DNA of 64,000 bases from Candidatus Latescibacterota bacterium (lineage in GTDB: Bacteria; Latescibacterota; UBA2968; GCA-2709665). The first letter of the stretch is position 1. Each line of letters begins with the position of its first letter. The translations under genes were made by a program, and so were the position numbers. Positions 20,764 through 29,574 of the stretch are shown here, piece after piece. The DNA lies in the NCBI GenBank assembly GCA_965226795.1, contig CBDDDZ010000005.1, positions 800,001-864,000 of the forward strand, given 5' to 3'. The notes under the pieces were generated by a model, which did not search any database, was not told where the DNA came from, and worked only from the letters and a program-made list of their open reading frames with translations.

Positions 20764-22431
20764 ATGTCGGATGGCGGCGTCCGGATCCAACTGGACCTGA
20801 AAATCCCCATGAGAGACGGGGTAAACCTTTACGGCGCGGCATATCGGCCGCTGCAAGGAGAGCGTTTTCCCGTTCTGCTGATCCGTTCGCCCTACAGTAC
20901 GCAGCACCCCAGGTACGTGGATTGGGCGGTGCGTTTTGCCAGGTCCGGATACACGGTGATTATGGTGGACAGCCGGGGGCGGTACGAGTCGGAGGGTGAG
21001 TGGCGGGCGTACGTGGACGAGGCGCGTGACGGCTATGACACCCAGCAATGGATCGGGTCGCAGGCGTGGTGCGACGGGAATATCGGAATGTTCGGGATTT
21101 CCTATCCGGGTTTCACCCAGATCCTGCCGGCGCCGTATCGCAGTCCCTACGTCAAGGGGCTCATGCCCATTGCGAATCAGGAGGACAACTACGGTCATCT
21201 GCGCTATAACGGCGTCCTGCAATTGCAGAATGCGATGAACTGGATCTGGCTCGGTGAACGGACCAACCAGAACGCACCCAGGGACCTGCTGGACTGGGAT
21301 CGGATCTACCGCCGGCTGCCGCTGGTTTCGGCAATGGATGGCATCGCGGAACGACCGTTTTTCCGAGAAGTGGTCCGGCACAACGAATTTGACGGGTTCT
21401 GGTCGTCGTACAGCATGAAGGGACGGTACAGGGACGTGCGAACGCCGGCCTATTTCGTGACGGGTTGGTACGACAATCTGGTACACGAGGGGTTCAAGTG
21501 TTTTCACGGGTGGCGAATGGAAGCAGGAGACGTCCGCACCCGGCGACTTAGCCGTCTGATGGTCGGACCCTGGACACACTCGCAGATCGGGAGCGCGGAG
21601 CCGTTCGGGGATATCGATTTCGGGTCGAATGCCGCCGTGGACATTCCCGGCGAACATCTGCGCTGGTACGATCAGCGATTGCGCGGGATCGATACCGGGA
21701 TCGATTCGGAACCGCCTGTACGTATTTTCGTGATGGGCGAGGATGTCTGGCGCTGGGAAAACGAGTGGCCGTTGGCGCGAACGAAGTACACGGCGTACTT
21801 TCTCCACAGCGGCGGCCGCGCCAATTCGCTGCTCTGCGACGGAGAACTCAAACGCGAAGCCCCGGGAGACGAGCCCGTGGATGGGTTCGACTACGATCCG
21901 GAGGATCCTGTACCGACGGTGGGCGGACAGAGCATGTTCCCCGCCAACACAGGTCCGAGGGATCGGCGGCCGGTGGAACGCCGTGAGGATGTGCTGGTAT
22001 ATACAACGGAAGCGTTGGCGTTGGAGGTGGAAGTGACCGGCCCGGTGGAGCTCATCCTGTTTGCCGCAACCGATGCACGGGATACGGATTTTACGGCCAC
22101 CCTTGTCGACGTACATCCGGACGGCAGGGCGATCCACATTACGGAGGGCATCCTGCGGGCGCGATTCCGGGAATCCTATCGCAAACCCAGTCTGATTCGG
22201 CCGGGGGCGGTGGTGGAATACAGGGTCGTTCTCTGGGAGACGAGCAATCTGTTCAGGGCTGGCCATCGGATCCGGCTGGAAATTTCCAGCAGCAATTTTC
22301 CGCGTTTCGACCGGAATCTGAATACGGGAAATACCCCGGGGCTGGACGATGATGTAAGGGTCGCCCGCCAGACAATTCATCATAGCAGCCAATATGCTTC
22401 ATACCTGCGTTTGCCGGTGATTCCCGGATGA
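20764..22431 (+). CDS. CocE/NonD family hydrolase (peptidase S15)
   Basis: IPMRDGV, RSPY, GMFGISY nucleophile, GWYD, GPWTH, SSNFPRFDRN. Confidence 0.92.
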   Translation: MSDGGVRIQLDLKIPMRDGVNLYGAAYRPLQGERFPVLLIRSPYSTQHPRYVDWAVRFARSGYTVIMVDSRGRYESEGEWRAYVDEARDGYDTQQWIGSQAWCDGNIGMFGISYPGFTQILPAPYRSPYVKGLMPIANQEDNYGHLRYNGVLQLQNAMNWIWLGERTNQNAPRDLLDWDRIYRRLPLVSAMDGIAERPFFREVVRHNEFDGFWSSYSMKGRYRDVRTPAYFVTGWYDNLVHEGFKCFHGWRMEAGDVRTRRLSRLMVGPWTHSQIGSAEPFGDIDFGSNAAVDIPGEHLRWYDQRLRGIDTGIDSEPPVRIFVMGEDVWRWENEWPLARTKYTAYFLHSGGRANSLLCDGELKREAPGDEPVDGFDYDPEDPVPTVGGQSMFPANTGPRDRRPVERREDVLVYTTEALALEVEVTGPVELILFAATDARDTDFTATLVDVHPDGRAIHITEGILRARFRESYRKPSLIRPGAVVEYRVVLWETSNLFRAGHRIRLEISSSNFPRFDRNLNTGNTPGLDDDVRVARQTIHHSSQYASYLRLPVIPG

Positions 22432-24521
22432 ATGAACTATCGTATCGAATCGGCGCTGATGTCGGCGGAACCTTCACCGATGTGATCCTCATGGATAGTG
22501 AGGGGGATATATGGACGCATAAAATACCCTCAACGCCGCCGGATTTCGAGCGGGCCGTACTGGATGCCATCGGGCGCCTGCTGCTGGAGTCCGCCGTACC
22601 GGGCCGTTCGATCGGGGACGTCTCGCATGGGACAACCGTGGCGACCAACGCCGTCCTGGAGCGTCGGGGCGCCAGGACAGCGCTGATTACCACGCGCGGA
22701 TTTCGCGACGTACTGGAATTGCGGCGTATCAGGGCGCCTCAGATGTACGATCTGTTCTTTGACAAACCCGAACCGCTGGTGGACCGGCACCTGAGGTTTG
22801 AGGTGACGGAACGCATTGCCGCCGACGGTGAAGTGCTTGTGCCCCTGCACAAAGCGGAACTCGGAGCGGTCAAAGCGGCGTTGGAACAGGAGCGGGTGGA
22901 GTCGATCGCGGTATGCACGCTTCACTCCTACGCGTATCCCTGGCACGAACATGCTATCGGCGAGTTTCTCACAAGCGCGTTTCCGGACGTACCGGTGTCT
23001 CTCTCATCGGAGATTCTGCCGGAACGGCGCGAGTACGAACGTACGGCAACCACTGTGCTGAACGCCTACGTGCGACCGGTGATGCAGCGTTATCTCCGGG
23101 CGATGCGGGATGGTTTGCTGGAGGAAGGAATTCTGGCGCCGGTGCTGATCATGCAGTCCGCGGGGGGGTTGACGCCGGAGGGTGATGCGGCGCGGCGACC
23201 GGTCTATGTACTCGAGTCCGGCCCCGCGGCGGGTGTATTTGCGGCCCGTTTCGCCGGAGCCCGGCTGGGCATCGCCGATCTTATCACGTTCGATATGGGA
23301 GGCACCACAGCAAAGGCATCCATCGTCGAAGATGGGGAGATTTCCTACAGCCCGGAATACGAGGTCGGCGCATCCGTGTCGGCCGGAAACAGGCTGGTGG
23401 GCGGGGGCGGCGAGTTGATCCGTGCGCCGAGCATCGATATCGCCGAGGTGGGATCGGGAGGAGGAAGCGTGGCGTATCTGGATCGGGCCGGCGGGTTGCG
23501 GGTCGGTCCCAGAAGCGCTGGCGCCGTGCCGGGTCCCGCCTGTTACGGCCGTGGGGGAGAGGAACCCACGGTAACGGACGCCAACGTGGTGCTCGGATAC
23601 ATCCGGCCGGGTGAACTGGCGGACGGCGAGGTCTCCGTAGACATCGAGGCCGCAAGAAGGGTCGTCCAGGATCGGATCGCAGCCCCGCTGGGTCTGGATC
23701 TGCTCGAGGCCGCGGAGGGCATCCACCGGATTGCCAATGCCCGGTCGATGCGGGCGCTTCGGGCCGTGTCCACGGAGAGGGGGCGGGATCCGAGAGCGTT
23801 CTCCCTGATCGCGTTCGGCGGCTCCGGACCGATTCATGCCGCCGGGCTGGCCACGGAACTGCGCAGCCCGAAAGTCATTGTGCCTCCGTTGCCGGGGTTG
23901 TTCAGTGCGTTGGGGCTTCTGTACTCGGGCGTGGAGCATCACGATGTGTTCAGTTGCCTGCTCTCGGGCAACGGTCTGAGTGCCGAAACGCTGGGTGCCA
24001 TTCAGAAGGATCTGAAAAAGAGGATGCTTGCCCGGTTCAAGGCCGAGGGTTATTCCGCCGAACAGGTGGAGTTGAACGACAGTGTCGACGTGCGCTTCAG
24101 AGGCCAGGCATCGGAAATCCGGATTCCGCTGCCGGAGTCGCCGGCGGCGGATGCCACGGTACAAAGCCTTTGTAAAGCGTTTGAACGTGCACACCGGCAG
24201 CAATACGGGCATTCGTCAGACCCCGATAATCCGGTTGAGGTGGTTGCCGTTCGCCTGATCGGCAGAACCGCCCAACCCGAAAGGAGCGGACGAATAAGGT
24301 CCGCGCGGCGGGGTGGGCGGAAGATGTCCGCACGTCCGGCGTATTTCGGGAAGGCCTGGGGAAGCGTGGAAACCCCCGTAATCGACCGCACGGCGCTGAC
24401 GGAGCCTCGCGATGGACCCCTGCTGATCGATGAATACGATTCCACGATTGTAGTCCCTCCGGACATGCGCGTGTATCGAGACAGGCAGGACTTTGTGGTC
24501 CTGGAATGGGCCGGGGCGTAG
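22428..24521 (+). CDS. Hydantoinase/oxoprolinase subunit A
   Basis: DVGGTFTD, HGTTVATN, ESGPAAG, DMGGTT, GPRSAGAVPGPACY. Confidence 0.92.
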   Translation: MNELSYRIGADVGGTFTDVILMDSEGDIWTHKIPSTPPDFERAVLDAIGRLLLESAVPGRSIGDVSHGTTVATNAVLERRGARTALITTRGFRDVLELRRIRAPQMYDLFFDKPEPLVDRHLRFEVTERIAADGEVLVPLHKAELGAVKAALEQERVESIAVCTLHSYAYPWHEHAIGEFLTSAFPDVPVSLSSEILPERREYERTATTVLNAYVRPVMQRYLRAMRDGLLEEGILAPVLIMQSAGGLTPEGDAARRPVYVLESGPAAGVFAARFAGARLGIADLITFDMGGTTAKASIVEDGEISYSPEYEVGASVSAGNRLVGGGGELIRAPSIDIAEVGSGGGSVAYLDRAGGLRVGPRSAGAVPGPACYGRGGEEPTVTDANVVLGYIRPGELADGEVSVDIEAARRVVQDRIAAPLGLDLLEAAEGIHRIANARSMRALRAVSTERGRDPRAFSLIAFGGSGPIHAAGLATELRSPKVIVPPLPGLFSALGLLYSGVEHHDVFSCLLSGNGLSAETLGAIQKDLKKRMLARFKAEGYSAEQVELNDSVDVRFRGQASEIRIPLPESPAADATVQSLCKAFERAHRQQYGHSSDPDNPVEVVAVRLIGRTAQPERSGRIRSARRGGRKMSARPAYFGKAWGSVETPVIDRTALTEPRDGPLLIDEYDSTIVVPPDMRVYRDRQDFVVLEWAGA

Positions 24522-24559
24522 AAATGGCCCGCGGCAGGACAAGGGAGAAACATAGTTTG

Positions 24560-26314
24560 ATGACGGAAATTGATCCTATTACCCGTGAGATCATGCAGAA
24601 TGCGCTTGCCGCGGCCGCCGATGAAATGAGCGCCGCGCTGTATCGCACGGCCTTTTCCACCATTGTGCGCGATTGCCTGGACTATTCCACCTCGTTGTGC
24701 AACGGAAACGGCCAGATGATCGCGCAGGGCGTGACGATTCCACTGCATCTGGGGTCGGTACCGTACGCGATGGCCGCAATGTTTGAACGCTTCGGCGATG
24801 ACATCGACCCTGGTGACGTGTTCATTCTGAACGATCCTTTCGACGGTGGGATGCATATTCCGGACATCTTTATTGTGCAGCCGATCTTCTGGGAAGGCGA
24901 GCGGGTGGCCTTTGCGGTGAGTACGGCACATCATCTTGACCTAGGCGGACGCCTGCCCGGAAGTTCCGCGTGCGACAACACGGAGATCTTTCAGGAAGGC
25001 CTTCGCATTCCGTGGTTGAAGCTCTATCGCCGGGGCGAGCCGGACGAGTCCATATTTTCCCTGATCCGGGCGAATGTGCGGGTACCGCAGATGACGATCG
25101 GGGATATCCGGGCGCAGTTGGCGGCCTGCCATATCGGGGAGCGGGCGGTGCATTCGCTGATTGAGCGGTACGGACGCGACATGTTCCTGGCATGCGCCCG
25201 GGACCTGATCGACTATACGGAGCGGCTGGTACGGTCGGAGATCGCGTCCTGGCCCGATGGATCCCATACCTTTACCGATTATCTGGACAGCGATGGCGTG
25301 GGCGGCCCCCGGGTGCAAATCCGGGTGACCGTGACCGTGCGGGGAGATTCGCTCACTGCCGATTTCACGGGGACGGACCCCCAGGTCTCGGGGGCGGTCA
25401 ACAGCACGCTCTCGTTTACGGCAGCCGTGGTGGCCCTGTGCGTGCGCGCCGTGATGCGGGAGGAGATTCCGAACACGGAAGGCATGTTCCGGCCGCTGGA
25501 GATCATCGCGCCCGAGGGCACGCTCGTGAATGTGCGGATGCCTGGCGCGTCCTCGATGCGCGGCGTGACGGGGTTTCGGATGGCGGACGTGGTATTCGGG
25601 GCGTTGGCCGGGCTGCTCCCCGACCGGGTGCTGGCAGCGGGCGAGGGCGGCAATACGCTGGTGATCATCGGCGGCCAACGTCAGGACCGGTCGCCCTATG
25701 TCTACTATGAGTTGCTCTCCGGAACCTGGGGCGCCCGGCCGGATCGGGACGGAAACGACGGTTTGTGCAATCCGGCGAACGTGGCCAGCAATATTCCCAT
25801 TGAACAGGCAGAGTGCGAATATCCGGTCAGGATCGACCGGTACGGACTGGTTTGCGACAGCGCGGGCGCCGGACGATATCGGGGCGGCCTGGCGATCGAG
25901 CGGGAGTGGACTCTGCTCGCGGGGGAGGCGCACCTGGCAATTCGGTCCGATCGAAGAGACCACCTGCCATACGGATTGTACGGGGGCGGGCCGGCGACAG
26001 GATCGAACAATGTGCTGTATCATAAAGATGGCAGCAAGGTGTTGCCGACCATGATATCAACGACGATGTCGGCCGGTGAGCGAATCTACCACCGCCAGGC
26101 GGGTGGAGGCGGATGGGGCGACCCGATGGAACGGGACCCCGAGGCCGTCGCGCGGGACGTAAAGAACGGGAAGGTATCCGTGAAACACGCGCGGGAGCAG
26201 TACGGCGTGGTGTTGGACCCCACGAACCTCGCGGTGTGCGAGACGGAAACCGCGGACACGCGACAACGGATGGCAGCGCCTCGTGCCCGGCGGGACGGTC
26301 GGGATCCGGATTGA
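24560..26314 (+). CDS. Hydantoinase B/oxoprolinase subunit
   Basis: IDPITREI, RTAFSTIVRD, LNDPFDGGMHIPD, HHLDLGG, FQEG, GGGGWGDP. Alternative start at 24524. Confidence 0.92.
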   Translation: MTEIDPITREIMQNALAAAADEMSAALYRTAFSTIVRDCLDYSTSLCNGNGQMIAQGVTIPLHLGSVPYAMAAMFERFGDDIDPGDVFILNDPFDGGMHIPDIFIVQPIFWEGERVAFAVSTAHHLDLGGRLPGSSACDNTEIFQEGLRIPWLKLYRRGEPDESIFSLIRANVRVPQMTIGDIRAQLAACHIGERAVHSLIERYGRDMFLACARDLIDYTERLVRSEIASWPDGSHTFTDYLDSDGVGGPRVQIRVTVTVRGDSLTADFTGTDPQVSGAVNSTLSFTAAVVALCVRAVMREEIPNTEGMFRPLEIIAPEGTLVNVRMPGASSMRGVTGFRMADVVFGALAGLLPDRVLAAGEGGNTLVIIGGQRQDRSPYVYYELLSGTWGARPDRDGNDGLCNPANVASNIPIEQAECEYPVRIDRYGLVCDSAGAGRYRGGLAIEREWTLLAGEAHLAIRSDRRDHLPYGLYGGGPATGSNNVLYHKDGSKVLPTMISTTMSAGERIYHRQAGGGGWGDPMERDPEAVARDVKNGKVSVKHAREQYGVVLDPTNLAVCETETADTRQRMAAPRARRDGRDPD

Positions 26315-26339
26315 CTGATAACAGAAAGCAGGATATATT
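26311..26339 (+). promoter_or_regulatory. Putative sigma70 promoter of ankyrin gene 1
   Basis: TTGACT, 17 nt, TATATT; the paralog at 29496 has the same layout. Confidence 0.6.
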
Positions 26340-26388
26340 TTAGTTTAATGACCGGGGTTTTCACTGAAATCAAAATCGGAGGTGGTCT

Positions 26389-27888
26389 ATGCCCTGGACG
26401 ATAGGACGGTCTGCTGTGTTGCTGATGCTGTTGGGCGCGGCAGGATGCGGCGCCTCGTTGGTGTGCCGAGCATGATCGACAGCTTGGAGGTGCAAGTCCT
26501 CTATCCAGCCTGATGGCGGCGAAGGATTAGCGAAGCGCAAGGGCGTCGTCGCGAGGCGGTGTCTGAAGGAAGCGTGTAGCAAAGTCGCGACCCGATGGAC
26601 AAGAACCGGATATGAGGCCTACCCGGCGGGACGAGCGAGCCAATGATCGCGAAGTCCACAGCCATCAAGGGCCGGGGTGGTAAATGCGGCGGGTATGCGA
26701 TGAAGGCGGTCGGTCTTACCTCGGGAGGTCTGCGTCGTGTCCGGAAAGTCCGGACTGAGCGGTAACGTAAGGGCCGTGATCGCGGCGCAGAAGTCAGCAG
26801 AGGGCATAGTAGCCGGGCGACCGGCGAAGGCCCGAACGATGGACAGGACAAGTAGGACGATACGCTCATGCGTACCATGCGGCAGAAAATCCAGATGGAA
26901 CTGGCCTTGGCGCCGGTGGCGAAGGGTGAAGCCCGGGACGCCGGTGCTGAAGGGACCGAAGTGCGCGTGGCGCGTGTCGACCCCGAACGCCCTGCGGCCC
27001 AAGCTCGGGCTCGCTCCTCTTTCGCCCGGCTTGACCGCATAAATCCATCGAACCGCCGTGTACGGACCCGTACGCACGGTGGTGTGGGAGGGGCGGAGCC
27101 GCAAGGCTCCCCCCTATCCCGATTTGGAACTGTCGAAACGCGGAGACCTGCAGGCGGTAGAGCAGGCGTTGCAACGTGGAAGCAACGTGAATGCCAGGAC
27201 GGTTCAGGGGCACAGCCCGTTGTCGCTTGCGGCCCGGGAGGGCCACCCGGACGTGGTTCGTGCCCTGATTCAGGCCGGCGCGGATCAGGACGCCGTGGCA
27301 TGGTCCTTAAGCACACATCCGCGCCCCTGTGCATTTCGCCACCAGGGGTCCGAACTCACGAGGGAACGTTTCGTGAACGCCGACAGTTCCGGGCCGCAGT
27401 CCAGGTTCATGGCCGAGAGTACGGAAATCGATGTGGTCTGGGTGCTGAAAGATGGGAAAACACCCCTGATGCTCGCCGCCGAGAGGGGTCACCTGGATGT
27501 GGTTGAAGCGCTGGTCGACAACGGTGCCGATGTGCGGTTGACAAGCGGCGGCTATTGGGCGCTCGACACAAAGCCCGATAGGGAGAGCTTCGACTTTCCT
27601 GCTTACCCGAGTGTTCCCCAGCCTCGAGATCCTGGCGACGTCTCTGGCCATTTCCTTCAACATAGCCGCTATTATAGCCATGAATCTTATGGATACGGCG
27701 ACGACGTTGAAACGGAAGACGCCTCTGGCAAACTCTCCGCCCGTGGGTTTCACGGTTATCCCCGGCGGTTTTACGACTCGCCTGACAGAAAGACCGCAAT
27801 GGATCTGGCGTATGAAAATGGTCATTTGGATATCGTCGATTTTCTCCGTAATGCCATCCGGACGAGGCCTGCATCGAGTTCAAGATAG
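26389..27888 (+). CDS. Ankyrin-repeat lipoprotein split by a group II intron: join(26389..26460,27124..27888), 278 aa after splicing
   Basis: Exon 1 is MPWTIGRSAVLLMLLGAAGCGASL (GGAGG RBS, lipobox AAG-C). Exon 2 is LELSKRGDLQAV...GHSPLSLAAREGH...GKTPLMLAAERGH. The junction matches the paralog's GCGASL-MELSQRGD. Confidence 0.85.
26461..27123 (+). mobile_element. Group IIC intron, ORF-less (reverse transcriptase/maturase deleted)
   Basis: 5' GTGTG; GGTCTTACCTCGGGAGGTCTG and GAAGTCAGCAGAGGGCATAGTAG...GAAGGCCCGAAC core segments; short domain V GAACCGCCGTGTACGGACCCGTACGCACGGTGGTGTG (CGC triad); domain VI ending CCCTATCCCGAT. Confidence 0.93.
26868..27042 (+). pseudogene. Remnant of intron-encoded protein (N-terminus joined out of frame to C-terminus)
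   Basis: MRQKIQMELALAPVAKGEA... resembles IIC IEP N-termini; KLGLAPLSPGLTA* in another frame resembles the C-terminus; no YADD or RT motifs. Confidence 0.65.
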
Positions 27889-27916
27889 GACCCTGGAGCG
27901 GTCTTCTCCGTTGGAG

Positions 27917-27990
27917 ATTCGGTCTCGTAAAAGCGTTATCTTGCGAGACCGAATTTTGTGGTATGCGCGAGTTGTGTCCATGAAGTTCGT
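27917..27990. repeat. Conserved hairpin element, copy 1 (downstream of ankyrin gene 1)
   Basis: ATTCGGTCTCGTAA...TTGCGAGACCGAAT stem followed by GTATG..AGTTGTGTCCAT..GTTCG; similar copy at 30284. Confidence 0.75.
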
Positions 27991-28084
27991 TATTGCAGGT
28001 TTGTTGGTCTAACCATAATACAATGACTTGAGTAAGAAAACGGCATTTCGTGAATTATTTTGGCTCGGCCAACGGAGCACATTG

Positions 28085-28747
28085 ATGAAATTCGTCCTTT
28101 TTTTCTTGTTCCTATACCTCGGTACCTCCCCCGTTTTTGCACAGGAATCGGACGCGGATTCCACGCGGAGTGAACGGCCGACTTTTTCGATGACGCCTAC
28201 GTGAGTAGGCTGACCCGGCGAAGGCGCACCACTCCGTGGGAGTGGCATCCATACGAAATATACACTTTCGGGGCGGTACGTAGATACCTCTATGGACCGA
28301 CCGCAGTGGCGGTTCACGGCTAATTACCGGCTGCATCATCGCCTCCAGGTCGGGGTTGAGCTGAATCCGAAAGCAAAGGAGGCAGGACCTCTTGTAACCC
28401 TGTTTTTGTTTACCGAGACCGAGACGCGGCCTGCGCTCTTCTTGGGCACGAGTTCGGATCGAATCGGTTCGCCGTCGGGCGAGCAGTCCTACTTCGCGAC
28501 CATAAGTAAATATATACCTCGGTTGCGCATTTCCTTTTACGGCAGTTTGAATTATTCGGAATGGGACGGGAAGTTCAATGTTCCCTTTGGCGCGGGGGTC
28601 GAATTGGGCAAAGGCTTTTCATTTCGACCGATGTACGACGGCGACCGGGGGCACGTGATGCTGAATTATTTCGCGGCGCAATACGGTGTCAGTTTGATGT
28701 ACGTGTGGCTCGAAACCATGGGTATTTCGTTTTCTCTCGGGTTTTAG
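28085..28747 (+). CDS. Putative UxxU selenoprotein, exported small outer-membrane beta-barrel-like (220 aa)
   Basis: GGAG RBS; signal peptide MKFVLFFLFLYLGTSPVFA-Q; in-frame TGA at 28202 and 28211 (T-U-V-G-U-P); frame continues into ORF 28292..28747 with amphipathic strands ending in ...ISFSLGF. Confidence 0.75.
28229..28245 (+). promoter_or_regulatory. SECIS-like hairpin
   Basis: CCACTCC-GTG-GGAGTGG; G-first loop 22 and 31 nt after the two TGAs. Confidence 0.6.
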
Positions 28748-28759
28748 TGTGGAGGTTCA

Positions 28760-29443
28760 ATGCGATTTCGCTATCTCTTATTTCTGATTGTTTTGGCCAG
28801 TTCGGCTTCGCTTATGGCCGAAGCTCAGATTCCCGATAAGGCACTCTGTAGTGTCTGTGCATTGAAGGGCGGCGAGACGGAGTTGGAAAAGGTCAAGGCC
28901 CATTCTGAATATGAAGGCAAGGCGTACTATTTCTGTTCTGAAAACTGCAAAAAGGAATTCGACGCAGATCCCGTGGCTTATTTGCCACCGGTTTTCCCAC
29001 GGCCTGCACCAGCCATCGTCGTTGAAACGCTGGAGGGAGGGGACAGGGCGTTGGCGGAATCGAAAGGCAAAGTCGTACTCGTGGATTTCTGGGCGACGTG
29101 GTGCAATCCCTGTCTTGAGACAATGCCCCGGTTGCAGAAACTCTACAGCGCTTATTCCGGCAGGGGTTTTGACATCTGGGGTGTGTCAATAGATGAGGAC
29201 AGAGATCGGGTTCAAAAGATCAGAAAGATGGTGGGCAAACTGGGCATTTCCTATCCCGTCTTTGTCGATGCGAAACAGACGCCTGCCTGGTATCAGTTCA
29301 AGGTGAAAGCGATTCCGGCCATGTATCTTCTCGATAGAGAGAGTCGGATCGTGGCGCAGTGGTCGGGAAAGATAGACTACGATGAAGTGGAGAAGGAAGT
29401 CTTGAGACTTCTTGAAAACGGGGTCGATGTCGAAGGGCCATGA
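28760..29443 (+). CDS. Exported YHS-domain + TlpA-like redoxin fusion
   Basis: Signal peptide; LCSVC...EYEGKAYYFCSENCKKEFDADPVAY (YHS); GKVVLVDFWATWCNPC...VKAIP (TlpA). Confidence 0.88.
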   Translation: MRFRYLLFLIVLASSASLMAEAQIPDKALCSVCALKGGETELEKVKAHSEYEGKAYYFCSENCKKEFDADPVAYLPPVFPRPAPAIVVETLEGGDRALAESKGKVVLVDFWATWCNPCLETMPRLQKLYSAYSGRGFDIWGVSIDEDRDRVQKIRKMVGKLGISYPVFVDAKQTPAWYQFKVKAIPAMYLLDRESRIVAQWSGKIDYDEVEKEVLRLLENGVDVEGP

Positions 29444-29495
29444 GCGAATTCGTCGCGGAGAATTCCGGCTATGGTATTTGGGGTCGAGATACGAT

Positions 29496-29524
29496 TTGAC
29501 CTAAAAGGCGAAGGTGGATATATT
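29496..29524 (+). promoter_or_regulatory. Putative sigma70 promoter of ankyrin gene 2
   Basis: TTGACC, 17 nt, TATATT. Confidence 0.6.
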
Positions 29525-29574
29525 TTCGATTGGAACGAGCAGGATCGATGATCGACTCACAGCGGAGGAGGCCT

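Noticed and set aside
26370..27506. ORFs 26501-27334(-), 26619-27104(-), 26868-27506(+) and the 27058 start
   Set aside because: They are translations of intron RNA sequence or its antisense; the real coding frame resumes at 27124.
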